Counted from the stretch's first letter, positions 11,228 to 21,751 are shown. The stretch: 64,000 bases of DNA from an uncultured Desulfobacter sp. (GCA_963665095.1 OY762069.1:864001-928000); one strand, 5' to 3'. Translations and numbers: made by a program. Notes: generated from the letters alone by a model not told the origin.

Positions 11228-11746
11228 GTGAATACAATGATCAATATTCGAATAAAAAATGCCGTCGCTGATAATGTTGACGAAATAACAACATTATATC
11301 TCAAATCCGTTCATACTCATTTTAAAGGAACTCTTCCAGATGAAGAATTGGCCATGTGGAAATATCAAAATGAAAGCCTACGTTTTGTGAACCAGATTGC
11401 CGCCAAAGAAATGAGAATTCGTATACTTCAATCTGATAACAATGAGATTATAGGATTTACCCGTTTTGGGGCTGATCCTGATAATCCAGAAAATGGTAAT
11501 TTAGAGTCAATTTTTGTCAAGGATATATATCATAATAGAAAATATGGAACATTATTGTTTAAGGATACACAATCAGAATTACTGGCTATGGGGTACAATT
11601 ATATGATCCTCTGGACTCCAACTAAAGGCACTGCTCATGGTTTTTATAAAAAGCTTGGCGGTATAAAATGCGGACAGAAAATCAATGAAATTTATTTTAA
11701 TCTTACTGCATATTCATGGGTGCTAACGAATAAGGATAGATCGTGA
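11228..11746 (+). CDS. GNAT acetyltransferase (cassette-like)
   Basis: YHNRKYGTLL and FYKKLGG motifs; bounded by GTTAGCA (11210) and TGCTAAC (11721). Confidence 0.8.
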   Translation: MNTMINIRIKNAVADNVDEITTLYLKSVHTHFKGTLPDEELAMWKYQNESLRFVNQIAAKEMRIRILQSDNNEIIGFTRFGADPDNPENGNLESIFVKDIYHNRKYGTLLFKDTQSELLAMGYNYMILWTPTKGTAHGFYKKLGGIKCGQKINEIYFNLTAYSWVLTNKDRS

Positions 11747-11770
11747 TTTGTTAGTGGCCTCGGAGGTTTT

Positions 11771-12292
11771 ATGAATACAGAATTAGCACGAGAACTCGGG
11801 GAGATGGCTGAAAGAGATCAGCAGTTACTTCAAGAGTTATTTGAGACAGGAGAGTTGCCGTCTGAAGAGTATCATCCACAAATGCGGGCTCTACATGAAA
11901 GTAATACGTCTGCACTTAAGGAAATTATAAAAAAGTATGGTTGGCCGGGGATATCCTTGGTAGGAGCAGAAGGCGCGGAGTCTGCTTGGCTAATCGCACA
12001 ACATGCCGTTTCAGATACCAAGTTTATGTCGGATTGCATCGAACTGCTAAAGATTGCCATGGCTGCGGGAGACGTTGAAGGTTGGCAACTTGCGTTCCTT
12101 GAGGATCGTGTGCGGACAATGTCCGGTAAGGATCAAATATATGGAACTCAGTTTAATGTCGATGAAGAAGGCTGGCCAACTCCCTTTCCTATTACTGAGC
12201 CTGAAACGGTCAATGAAAGAAGGAAAGCATTAGGCCTTAATTCTTTAGAAGAGCGGTTGGAGGAAATGCGCGAACGACAACGTCGAACATAA
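11771..12292 (+). CDS. DUF6624-like hypothetical protein (cassette-like)
   Basis: RDQ, IIKKYGWPG, AWLIAQHA, LEDR, QIYGTQ and RRKALGL motifs. Confidence 0.8.
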   Translation: MNTELARELGEMAERDQQLLQELFETGELPSEEYHPQMRALHESNTSALKEIIKKYGWPGISLVGAEGAESAWLIAQHAVSDTKFMSDCIELLKIAMAAGDVEGWQLAFLEDRVRTMSGKDQIYGTQFNVDEEGWPTPFPITEPETVNERRKALGLNSLEERLEEMRERQRRT

Positions 12293-12296
12293 CAAT

Positions 12297-12345
12297 CAGC
12301 AACAAAAGCATTGCAGCAGACAAGCCGCTGAGTGAGTCGTTATGG
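12297..12345 (+). repeat. Short attC site
   Basis: CAGCAAC...CATTGCAGC / GCTGAGTG...GTTATGG imperfect palindrome between two ORFs. Confidence 0.6.
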
Positions 12346-12800
12346 TTTTGAATGAAATGAAAGTAAAACCACCTTTAAATATGCATTCTGGCCCCATCAA
12401 ACTTATTTTTGAAAAAATAGTTTATGTTGAACCGGGAGGAGAGCTTGTTCCTTTTTACCATTTCAAAATCACAAAAGAGGATGGAACTGAAGTTGGTCAC
12501 ATTAATTTCAAGGTTGGAGACACAAATCATATAAGGCAATGCGTTGGACATATCGGCTATGAAATCTTGCCTGAATTTAGAGGCAATCCTTACTCATATT
12601 TTGCATGCAATGCTATCAGGCCTTTAATTAGAACCTTCTATGATAAATTTATTCTGACCTGCGATCCAGAAAATGCCCCATCATTGAAAATAATTGAAAA
12701 ACTGAAGGGAAAGTTTCTTAATGAAATCATGGTCCCCAAGCATGATCCTTCTTATAAAAGTGGATCTAAGCTGAAAAGACGTTACGAATGGGAACCATAA
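12342..12800 (+). CDS. GNAT (RimJ/RimL-like) acetyltransferase cassette
   Basis: GHIGYEILPEFRG and TCDPENAPSLKIIEKL motifs; cassette starts GTTATGGTT and ends with its complement AACCATAAC. Confidence 0.85.
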   Translation: MVLNEMKVKPPLNMHSGPIKLIFEKIVYVEPGGELVPFYHFKITKEDGTEVGHINFKVGDTNHIRQCVGHIGYEILPEFRGNPYSYFACNAIRPLIRTFYDKFILTCDPENAPSLKIIEKLKGKFLNEIMVPKHDPSYKSGSKLKRRYEWEP

Positions 12801-12860
12801 CAACCGGGTGAACTTGAGCGGGCAAAACGACGCGCCCGTCAAGTTACCCGCACGTTAAAA
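12795..12860 (+). repeat. attC site
   Basis: CCATAAC-5nt-GGTGAACTTGA...TCAAGTTACC-5nt-GTTAAAA, with the extrahelical base in L''. Confidence 0.9.
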
Positions 12861-13118
12861 TAGCAAAAAATCAGAACTTTTAAGAAATAGCAGAGCGACG
12901 GATATGTCTAACATAAACGCTGTGATGCTTGTCATTGAAGACGTTGGCTACTTCTGTTATTCCTGCCTGGTTTAAAATCCGGAGCAGTGACACTGAATAC
13001 CATTAAAGCTCGCTTTTATTTTTCTATATTTCTGGTCTTTAAGAGGTGCAAGCAGAAGTCATTTATAGGATAATGGGATTTTTATGATACAATCAAGGAC
13101 CGCGTAAATTGATTTGTT

Positions 13119-13313
13119 TTAGTCTTTATTATTTATTCGTTTTCTAATCTCAGTCCAAATGAAACCGACACCAAGAAGCATCACAAAAAAACCTGCATAC
13201 CATTCTATTCCGGTAAAATCGTGATAGATCCCCCTCACACTATCGTATTGTACAGGCTGGATAATGATCCTAAAACCAAAAACGATGAGAAGTGTACCCA
13301 ACAAAGCTGCCAT
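13119..13313 (-). CDS. Small two-TM membrane protein or gene remnant
   Basis: Two hydrophobic segments; start uncertain. Confidence 0.35.
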   Translation of the reverse strand: MAALLGTLLIVFGFRIIIQPVQYDSVRGIYHDFTGIEWYAGFFVMLLGVGFIWTEIRKRINNKD

Positions 13314-13626
13314 AAAAGAAATACCAGTGATTTTAATAGTTATTCCAACTTAATTGGAGAGTATCCTTATTACCGATTGGATGGCAAGGAAGAACTTGAA
13401 TCCCTGGATTTAAATTTTTACAGGGCGTCACTTTCATCTGTTATTGTAGAGAGGCGCTGAATTTCAAATAGTCCGGTTAGATACCATGATTGAACACTTA
13501 GGTAATACTCATTTTCATCATCGATACCACCTGAATGATTGAGTATTATGACAACATAAACGATAAGTAAAAAAGATTGCAGTCAGTTATGGTACTGACT
13601 GCACCTCCCTTTTTCAAAATAGTTCA

Positions 13627-14031
13627 TTACATTGAAATTACAATTTTATTGTTCCTGTTATCTGGAGAAATCATCATTTTTTTTGTTTTAGAACGGTTGG
13701 GGAATTTAGAGGTTTTCCAATCTACTTTTATCTTAGCCTTGGTATTGACTGGCAGATTGGAGATGGTCACGGTTTCTTGGCATGCCCAGCGACCAGATTT
13801 TTTCATAGATTTCTTACCACGGTCAGTTGACAGCATATAAGTAATTGTATAATCAGCCTTTCCGATACATATAGTCGAAGAGTCACAGGAGATTGTTACA
13901 ATACCAGGCAAGTTAGCCGTTCCTTGATTGATCGAAGTATCCTTTGCAGATGCAGGTGATGTCAACAGAGTAAAAATTGCCGCCAATACAAAACTCAATA
14001 ATGTCCAGACCGAAATTCTGTGTTTCATCAT
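13627..14031 (-). CDS. Small secreted basic protein
   Basis: Signal peptide ending ASA; GAAGGA RBS; 8 nt after the VWA gene stop. Confidence 0.7.
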   Translation of the reverse strand: MMKHRISVWTLLSFVLAAIFTLLTSPASAKDTSINQGTANLPGIVTISCDSSTICIGKADYTITYMLSTDRGKKSMKKSGRWACQETVTISNLPVNTKAKIKVDWKTSKFPNRSKTKKMMISPDNRNNKIVISM

Positions 14032-14039
14032 TCCTTCTT

Positions 14040-16583
14040 TTATTGAAACTGGGCAATAGTAACGTTGATGGCATGAACTTCCTGAACGCATTGATCCAGC
14101 GCCTGTTGTACGGTCTCCACCGGGGCTCTTTTTTTACGCAGTTTGGCAAGTTTTTTAAGGTTGGTATTGGCCTTGTCGATCCGTGGAATAATGTCTGAGC
14201 GGCCCATACTTTTTGCCTGCCGTATATATGTTTTAAGACGGTTTTTTAAAGTGTCTTCATGCCGTATACACTGCAAAGGCCACCCTTTGGCACTCAACTG
14301 CCATTTGGTCTTATCATAGGCGGTTCCCTGGGGTCCCTGCATGCCCATATCCTTGGCAAAGGCCGCCTGCATCTGTTCTGTAGACATGCCTTCATAGGGG
14401 TTGTGGCCCTGTTCCGGGCGTTCGTTTTCAGGTGTGAGACCGCCACCAGTATCCTGGGCCCCAACATTGGAATAATCCACCGTTGACGGCAATGCCCCCA
14501 CCTGTTCCTGGGGCTTTGCGCCGGCATCATCCGCAGTGACAATTTTAGCGCCGTATCCGGCCTGGCTGTCCGCCACTTTCGGCAATGCGGTATACTTGGG
14601 ATTTTCCTGCACCGCTGCCTGGCCGGCATCTGATGTTTCCTGGGTTTCACCCTGTCCAGCCCCGGATGTCTGCGGCAGCTGCATCCCCTGCATCTGGGCC
14701 ATCGCCGCCTGCATCTGGGCCATGGCATCGGTCTTTGCCGCAGCGGCCTGGGCCTGGGCGCCGGCCGCCATCTGGGCTGCCGTGGCCTGCTGATCTACCG
14801 GTGCACCCTGCCGAGAGGCGGTTTCTTCAGCCGTCTGTGCGGCCGCAGCCGTTGTCGAAGATTCTACCTTGGTCGTCGTTGCGGACTGGGTCGAAGGCTT
14901 TGGCCCGCCTTCGGTCTGGGACGGCGGGGAATCAAAATCGCAGATCTTCTTGAGCGTCTTCCCGGCCTTGATTTCCACTTCACCGAATTTGTACTTCACC
15001 ACGGGATCGCCCCAGGAATCTTCCGCAGAGACCTTGTAGGTCCCGGGCATCAGGGTGTAGTCGGCAGAGCGGTCCTCATAGGTGGTTCCCCAGCCGCCGC
15101 CCATGGTTTTCCCGTTCATGTCCTTTACGATGACACTGCCGTGGAACGGCTTGCCGTTCCTGTAGGTCCAGACGGTCAGTTCACCGGTGTCGATGGAAAT
15201 TTTTTTCTCGATCTCCTGCCCTCCTGAAAGGGTGACGGTGCCGCCGTCTTTGCGAACCTCTGATCCCCAGGAATCTTCTGCAATGAGTTGATAGGTTCCC
15301 GGAACCTTGTTGATCGTTGCCGGACCGTCTTCGTATGTGGTTTCCCAGCTTCCATTGCCGTTGGCATCAACGATCTTGACCCTGGCATGGGCGGGCTTCC
15401 CGTTTTTATAGATCCAGACGACGATCTTTCCGGCATCAAAGGATGCCTTCTTCTCGATGGTCTGTCCGGCACTGATCTCAATGGTCCCCAGATCGATTTT
15501 TGCCTCGGTGCCCCATGAGTCCTGGGCCGTGATCTGATATTTGCCGGGCTGAAGTTTATACTCGGCAGGTTTCTCCTCGTATGTGGTTTTAAGGCCGCCG
15601 CCAACGGTTTTCCCATCCATCGTGGTAACCTTTACCGATCCTTTAAACGGTTTTCCGTTTTTCAAATTCCATATCGTCAGGATGCCGCTGCCGAAATTGG
15701 CCGTGATCTCCCGTACTTTCCGGTCGGTAATCTCGACGTTTTCAAATACCAGCCGGGGGCGGCCCTCCTGTTCCCATTCGTCCGTCACCGTTACCGTGTA
15801 AGTCCCGGGCGTAACACTGAGCATCAGGGGCTTTTTTTCTGAAGCGGCCCGGCTGGCAACGACGGTGCCGGAGGAAGGATCACTGACCTTCACATCTGCC
15901 CCGATGGCCTTGCCGTTCAAAAACACGGAAACCTTGAGATTTTTACTCACGGTTTTCTCGATCACCTCGTTCAGGGCATCTTTTAGCTTATCCGCGTCCT
16001 TGGCCGGAAAATATTCACCCCCTCCTGCCTTGGCCATGCATTTGAGCTGTGCCTCTGTTTGCCCACCCACATCAAAACCCACCACATGGAGTACAAATTT
16101 GATTCCAAGTTTTTCCAATTCTGCCACAAAATTACAGGGATCAGGATCACAGGTTTCTTCACCATCCGAGACAAGCAGGATGGTGGTCTCATCTTCCATG
16201 TGCTTGATCGCTTCAGCAGTTTTTCGAATGGATCTGAGCATGGGGGTTTTGCCCTTGGGACTGAGGGCGTTTATTTTTGTCATGAAGGCTTTGGCATCCA
16301 GAGGGCCTATAGGAATCAGGGTTTCCACATCATCACAGTCACCTTTACGACGATGTCCATATGCAACCAAACCTATATTAATATCTTCTGGCAGATCATT
16401 AACAATCAAATCCATAGCTTCTTTGGCAATGGTGATTTTGGCTTTTCCGTCAATCTGGCCCCACATGGAACCGGAAGTATCAAAAATCAGTATCAAATTT
16501 GTTTTGCCGGTCGCCTGGCTGACTGCGGTAATCCCAAATAGAAAAATTAGAATTGCTGTAACTCCGAGAAAAACTCTACGCAT
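14040..16583 (-). CDS. Secreted VWA-domain protein with tandem beta-rich repeats and low-complexity Ala/Gln tail
   Basis: DTSGSM MIDAS, TP and SDGEETC motifs; repeats GILTIWNLKNGKP / GKIVVWIYKNGKP / GELTVWTYRNGKP. Confidence 0.9.
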   Translation of the reverse strand: MRRVFLGVTAILIFLFGITAVSQATGKTNLILIFDTSGSMWGQIDGKAKITIAKEAMDLIVNDLPEDINIGLVAYGHRRKGDCDDVETLIPIGPLDAKAFMTKINALSPKGKTPMLRSIRKTAEAIKHMEDETTILLVSDGEETCDPDPCNFVAELEKLGIKFVLHVVGFDVGGQTEAQLKCMAKAGGGEYFPAKDADKLKDALNEVIEKTVSKNLKVSVFLNGKAIGADVKVSDPSSGTVVASRAASEKKPLMLSVTPGTYTVTVTDEWEQEGRPRLVFENVEITDRKVREITANFGSGILTIWNLKNGKPFKGSVKVTTMDGKTVGGGLKTTYEEKPAEYKLQPGKYQITAQDSWGTEAKIDLGTIEISAGQTIEKKASFDAGKIVVWIYKNGKPAHARVKIVDANGNGSWETTYEDGPATINKVPGTYQLIAEDSWGSEVRKDGGTVTLSGGQEIEKKISIDTGELTVWTYRNGKPFHGSVIVKDMNGKTMGGGWGTTYEDRSADYTLMPGTYKVSAEDSWGDPVVKYKFGEVEIKAGKTLKKICDFDSPPSQTEGGPKPSTQSATTTKVESSTTAAAAQTAEETASRQGAPVDQQATAAQMAAGAQAQAAAAKTDAMAQMQAAMAQMQGMQLPQTSGAGQGETQETSDAGQAAVQENPKYTALPKVADSQAGYGAKIVTADDAGAKPQEQVGALPSTVDYSNVGAQDTGGGLTPENERPEQGHNPYEGMSTEQMQAAFAKDMGMQGPQGTAYDKTKWQLSAKGWPLQCIRHEDTLKNRLKTYIRQAKSMGRSDIIPRIDKANTNLKKLAKLRKKRAPVETVQQALDQCVQEVHAINVTIAQFQ

Positions 16584-17204
16584 CTATCTCTCTCCTTGTA
16601 TTGTGATATTTAAACGAATAAACAGCCTACTATGAAGTACCAACCGTTCAAATATAGGTCATTGTTACAGAACTGTTATTTTTTATAAAAAACATACAAA
16701 ATGCTTACGATATAAACAATACTTTTATCAAGAAAAAACAAAGATGACTCTTTTCCAGAGAATAAAATTAGGAAATTGAAACCCCGGAATATGTCTATTA
16801 TCTGTCGCTCCAATTATTGTTCAATAAGCAGAGGACTTTTTGTGGTATTGAAGCGGTTTTGGGCAACTGATGTCATACTCAGGGAATGGTTTTCCGGCAA
16901 GTCATCCATAAAAAGAGAGTCAGATTATTTATGCCTAATAAAACCCTGCTGGCTGAAGTTCTTTAAGATGGTTTATTTTTAACCGGGTGGGCTTAAAATT
17001 TCAGTACAAAGATCACATGTTGATATGCAGCATCCCTTTGATGCTTTAAAGTCCGAATCCATAGCTGTTTCATGCAGTCCGGCAATTCCTGAAAAGGCCT
17101 TAGGAATCTGTTTATTATGGGAGACAATCCGACTCGTATAAATGGAATTCAGCCTCATATATCCTGTGGAATTATGGTGCGATTTCAGTTAAGGTTATTT
17201 TTCT

Positions 17205-17984
17205 ATGGCAGAGGAAAAATTATACCATTACCTGATTCATATCCAGTATCTGGGCTTCCGGTACCATGGCTGGCAGAAGCAGCCAGGTGTAAAAACCATT
17301 GAAGCCATGATTGAAAAAACGCTCGGCTTTATCCTGGAAAAATTAGAGTTCAGGATGTTGGGCGCCAGCCGGACCGATTCAAAAGTCTCGGCCAATCAGT
17401 CCGCATGCATGCTCTTTGTCCGCAAGGCTTTGGATATGCAAGCGCTGCAGTCAAAATTAAATACAAACCTGCCCAATGATATCCGAGTGACAGGCGTGGA
17501 AGAAAAATCCAGTGCCTTTAACATTATCCGTTCGGCCAAAGTAAAAGAATATCTTTACCTGTTTGCATTTGGATGCAAAAGCCATCCATTCTGTGCGGCC
17601 ATGATGCATACGGTGCCGGAAACTCTTGATATTGAATTGATGAAACAGGGTGCAAGGCTGTTTGAAGGGCAGCATCATTTTGGTTCATACTGCACTAAAC
17701 CGGGTGTAAAAACCTGCCTTGAACGAGACATCCATGTCTGTCGGATTGAAGAAAACAGTGAATTTCAGGCCAGTTTTTTTCCGGAAAAAAGCTGGTTGCT
17801 CAGGATTCAGGCGCCGGGTTTTTTAAGATACCAGGTCCGTTTAATCATGGGCCAGTTGTTTAAACTTGGAAAAAAAGAGATAGACCTGAACCGCATTAAA
17901 CAATCCCTTTCAGAAAGTCAGGCCTTGCCGCTAAAAGAAATTGCACCCGGGTCAGGCCTGATTTTAAATAAAATAATATTTTAG
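17205..17984 (+). CDS. truA: tRNA pseudouridine(38-40) synthase family
   Basis: YLGFRYHGWQKQ, ASRTD and GFLRYQVR motifs. Confidence 0.9.
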   Translation: MAEEKLYHYLIHIQYLGFRYHGWQKQPGVKTIEAMIEKTLGFILEKLEFRMLGASRTDSKVSANQSACMLFVRKALDMQALQSKLNTNLPNDIRVTGVEEKSSAFNIIRSAKVKEYLYLFAFGCKSHPFCAAMMHTVPETLDIELMKQGARLFEGQHHFGSYCTKPGVKTCLERDIHVCRIEENSEFQASFFPEKSWLLRIQAPGFLRYQVRLIMGQLFKLGKKEIDLNRIKQSLSESQALPLKEIAPGSGLILNKIIF

Positions 17985-18070
17985 ACAAAAAAAGATGCCG
18001 GTACACAATGCTGCCGGCAAGGTCGTTGAAAGAAGAATAGACCGGTTCTGGCAGCTTTGGGAGGATCTTT

Positions 18071-18490
18071 TTAAATCTGGTTACCATTCAGGAAAATCTT
18101 TGGGAGTATCGGGCTGTTTTTTTCAAGCATGGCAGAAACCCCGCAATAGGTTTCCATGGACAGGGAGACGGCCCGTTTGATTTTTTTGGCATCTTTTTCA
18201 TTACCGGTAATATGGTAGGACAAGATGATCTCTTTGAATACCGACGGCTGCTGGTCCGTCAGTTCTGTCTCGGCGGTGATTTCCAGATCCTGAATTTCCA
18301 CCCGCATTTTGCCAAGGATCATGGCCACGTCAATGCCGGTGCATCCGATGAGTCCGCTTAAAAGAAGTCCTTTGGGTGAGGGGCCCTTGCCTTCGCCGCC
18401 TGCGCTTTGAGGGGCATCCAGGGTGTAGGTGTAGCTGTCCTGCTTGATTTCAAACGCCAGGTTTCCTTTCTTTTTTCCTGATATTTTCAT
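18071..18490 (-). CDS. OsmC family protein
   Basis: GPSPKGLLLSGLIGCTGID and YCGVSAML motifs. Confidence 0.9.
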   Translation of the reverse strand: MKISGKKKGNLAFEIKQDSYTYTLDAPQSAGGEGKGPSPKGLLLSGLIGCTGIDVAMILGKMRVEIQDLEITAETELTDQQPSVFKEIILSYHITGNEKDAKKIKRAVSLSMETYCGVSAMLEKNSPILPKIFLNGNQI

Positions 18491-18613
18491 GGGGTCTTTT
18501 CTTCCTTGATTTTTGGAGTTCTGGTTCTGCTTATATTCAATCATCACTTGCTGAACAATGGGTAGCTATTTGGGGGTAGCTATTTTGGAGCAGCGATTTT
18601 GGGTTGGCGGCTT

Positions 18614-19405
18614 TCACATAAGTCCTGGAAAACTGCCGCCGTCAATCAGGATGGACTGGCCGGTAATATACCGGGCCTGGTCGCCGGCTAAAAATGCCGC
18701 CATGGCACCGAAATCTCCAGGGTCGCCAATGTTCCTTGTGGGGTTGACATCCATCATCTCCTGAATAATCTGTTCTGCCGGCCGGTTTTCATCTTTTGAA
18801 CGGTGCTCGGCCAGTTGAATGATCCGGTCGGTTTTATGAATACCCGGCAAGATGGCGTTGACTGTAATGCCGTCCGGGGCCAGTTCCGTTGCAATGGTTT
18901 TTAAAAAACCGGTGAGCCCGGTTCTGGCGGTATTGGACAACAAGAGCGTCCCGATGGGCGATTTTACCGAAGTGGATGTAATGGCAATAATTCGTCCCCA
19001 GCCCTTTTTCTGCATGGCCGGTACCACGGCATGAATCAGGCGGACGGCGCTCATCAGATTCAGATTTATAGCGTTTTCATACTGATCCAGCGCAGTGGTG
19101 GCAAAGGTGCCGGGTGCAGGCCCCCCTGCATTGGTCACCAGGATGTCCGGATCTCCAAGGTCCGATTGAACTGATTCAACCAGTTTTGCGATCTGTTCAG
19201 GACGGCTCATATCTGCCGCATACCCCATGACCTCGGCGCAGGTTTGCTCTGCGATCTCAGCTGCAGCCCGGGAGGCCTGGTCCTGATCTCGGGAACAGAT
19301 GGCCACCCTGCATCCTTCGGCAGCAAGCTGTTCTGCACACCCCCGGCCAAGTCCCCGGGTGGATGCGGTTATCAGTGCGATTTTGTTATTAATCTTCAGA
19401 TCCAT
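18614..19405 (-). CDS. SDR family oxidoreductase
   Basis: TASTRGLG, NAGGP, VNAILPG and ITGQSILIDGG motifs. Confidence 0.92.
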   Translation of the reverse strand: MDLKINNKIALITASTRGLGRGCAEQLAAEGCRVAICSRDQDQASRAAAEIAEQTCAEVMGYAADMSRPEQIAKLVESVQSDLGDPDILVTNAGGPAPGTFATTALDQYENAINLNLMSAVRLIHAVVPAMQKKGWGRIIAITSTSVKSPIGTLLLSNTARTGLTGFLKTIATELAPDGITVNAILPGIHKTDRIIQLAEHRSKDENRPAEQIIQEMMDVNPTRNIGDPGDFGAMAAFLAGDQARYITGQSILIDGGSFPGLM

Positions 19406-19556
19406 GGCGTTTCTCCCTTTTGAGGTCAGCTCATAAAAGCGTCACTTTGATTTCAAAGTACGCATGGAATTTGCAAGTTTCAAGTCCGGCAAATTCCATG
19501 CAGTAATTTTTGAGGCGACCGCAGTATCAAAAAGCGGCCGCAGGAAATAAATTGGA

Positions 19557-20144
19557 TTACTTGCCAATAAACTCTATGTTAATCACGATATCCACAGTTT
19601 CTCCAATCAGCAGATTTCCACTTTCCAGTACTGCATTATAAACGATGCCAAAATCCTTTCTGTTGAGAACAGCTGTGACATGAGCGCCCTTTCGGGTATT
19701 TCCCCAGGGGTCTTTTTCATTGTTTACCAGCCCCTCAACGGCCAGGGTGACGGTTTTGCTGACACCGTGCAGATTCAATGTGCCAACCACTTTGTAACGG
19801 CCGTCCCCCTGGGGGATGATCTTATTGGATGTATACGTCATGGTCGGATATTTTTCTGCGTCAAAAAAATCGGGACTTTTTAAATGCGTATCCCGCTGGT
19901 CCACCCCGGTGTTAATGGAGTTCACATCAATGGTGATGTCCACGGATTGGGGATGGCGCCCCTCTTTGTCAAACACAAGCTGGCCTGTCACCTGGTTGAA
20001 ACTGCCGGTCACCCGGCTGATGGCCATGTGCTCAATTGAAAAATCAGCAGATGTATGGGCCGGATCCACGGTCCAGGTCTGTGCAGATACGGATGTTGCC
20101 AGTGTCGCAAGTGCTACGATGGTATATATAAATATGTTTCTCAT
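19557..20144 (-). CDS. YceI family periplasmic protein
   Basis: WTVDPAHT, RDTHLKSPDFFD and DPWGN motifs; signal peptide. Confidence 0.93.
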   Translation of the reverse strand: MRNIFIYTIVALATLATSVSAQTWTVDPAHTSADFSIEHMAISRVTGSFNQVTGQLVFDKEGRHPQSVDITIDVNSINTGVDQRDTHLKSPDFFDAEKYPTMTYTSNKIIPQGDGRYKVVGTLNLHGVSKTVTLAVEGLVNNEKDPWGNTRKGAHVTAVLNRKDFGIVYNAVLESGNLLIGETVDIVINIEFIGK

Positions 20145-20269
20145 GATTTCATATCTCCTTTGTTTGGATAACAGGCAGTCATTAGTAAGTTAGTTTTGCC
20201 TTGTTTTATAATATAGTGTCTGTTATTCTGCATATCAACCCCAGGATATTGCCGACGAGGATTGCAAAA

Positions 20270-20490
20270 ATGCACAACAAAGTGAGTTGGGATGATTATC
20301 GCTATTTTCTGAACGTGGCACGTTTAGGCCCGCTGAAAGCAGCCGGAGAGGCACTGAAGGTCAATCATTCAACTGTTTTGCGCAGGGTTAACGCCCTTGA
20401 AAAAAAACTGTCTGCACGCCTGTTTGAACGATTCAAAACAGGATATGTGTTAACGCAAAGCGGGCAGGATATGTTCAGTCACATTCAGGA
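20270..20490 (+). pseudogene. LysR regulator, N-terminal HTH only (truncated)
   Basis: WDDYRYFLNVAR...NHSTVLRRVNALEKKL...LFER; similarity lost after about 70 aa; divergent from yceI; end approximate. Confidence 0.8.
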
Positions 20491-21192
20491 ATGGCGCCCT
20501 TGCTTCCATCCCTTCATTCGTAATGCCTCACTCTTTTTGCTTTGCACAACCCTTAGGACAATTCACGCTTTTTGAAGTTGCCCATCCAGAGCCTCTGACC
20601 ATCTCTCATTTTTACCCTGAGCTTAAAAACGTACGGAATCTGGGGGGATTGCACCCGCAAGCCCAGAACGGATTTTTCAGAGGCCTCTCCCAGGCCGTGT
20701 ACAAAGGCGATTTATCAGAGGAAGAAACTATTGATTTTGTACAGGATATCATGTCCGGAAAGCCTGGGGCCTTAAAATGCTGGAAATTTGCCCTTAAAGG
20801 TATGAGAGAACAAGTCAAAAGTCGTCAGATCTCCTCCAGAGAGTTCTGACGACTTCATCTGGAAGGGGATTAGAGGAACATCCTACGATTACAGGGCAGG
20901 GCTCCTTGTCAGCGCTGTTGGACACAAAAACGGAAAAAAAGTGAAATTGACACGAAAAACATCTGGATCTGGAAAGAATTCTTTTTTTAACAGCATGGGA
21001 AACGCTACCGGACTTCCCTTTGCTGCCCTGTCCCGAATGATTCTGGATGGTAAATTATCAGATAAGCATAAAACAGGTGTTTTTGCACCCGAAGCCTGGG
21101 TAGATTCCCAAACATTTTATCAGTATATGAATCGCTATGGGGTATCTGAATCCACCCTGATGCTTCCAATAACGGAAGAAACAGTCAATTAA
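20491..21192 (+). pseudogene. C-terminal fragment of a saccharopine dehydrogenase-like oxidoreductase, frameshifted
   Basis: AHPEPLT and TGLPFA...GVFAPE motifs in two frames; N-terminus missing; start approximate. Confidence 0.6.
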
Positions 21193-21217
21193 CCCCTGAT
21201 TTTCAGTCAGGGGTTAA
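21189..21217. terminator. Inverted repeat, putative terminator
   Basis: TTAACCCCTGA-7nt-TCAGGGGTTAA perfect 11-bp stem. Confidence 0.6.
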
Positions 21218-21340
21218 CAGGATGGCCCTGGGATAACATATCTTCAATTATTATTTAACCTGTTAATATCTTGACAGAAATCGTTTTATTGCCCTATAGT
21301 CATCCCTGTTCGTATCGCATCCACCAAAAAAGGAAGTAAA

Positions 21341-21751
21341 ATGAGCGAAGATATACGATGGAAACAACGGTTTTCCAATTTTAACAAGGCATTGACCCAA
21401 CTCCAGAAGTTCATTGACAAAGGAGAGTTGTCCGAGCTTGAGGCACAGGGCCTGGTTAAGGCCTTTGAATATACATACGAACTTGCCTGGAACACCATAA
21501 AAGATTTCCTTGAGTTCAGCGGTCAGTCCGATATCTACGGATCAAGGGATGCCATTCGAAAAGGGTTCCAACTCGGTCTTATTGCAGATGGTGATGGCTG
21601 GATGGATATGCTTAAAAGCAGGAACCAGACCTCTCATACATACAATGAAGAAACAGCCAGACAGATCAACCATGCAGTTGTCACCCGCTATTATGATCTG
21701 TTTATCCTGCTGAAATCCAGATTTGAACAGCTTAGTACAAATGACCGGTAA
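21341..21751 (+). CDS. HEPN-type toxin / nucleotidyltransferase substrate-binding protein (HI0074 family)
   Basis: RWKQRFSNF, FEYTYELAW and RNQTSHTY (RX4HXY) motifs. Confidence 0.9.
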   Translation: MSEDIRWKQRFSNFNKALTQLQKFIDKGELSELEAQGLVKAFEYTYELAWNTIKDFLEFSGQSDIYGSRDAIRKGFQLGLIADGDGWMDMLKSRNQTSHTYNEETARQINHAVVTRYYDLFILLKSRFEQLSTNDR

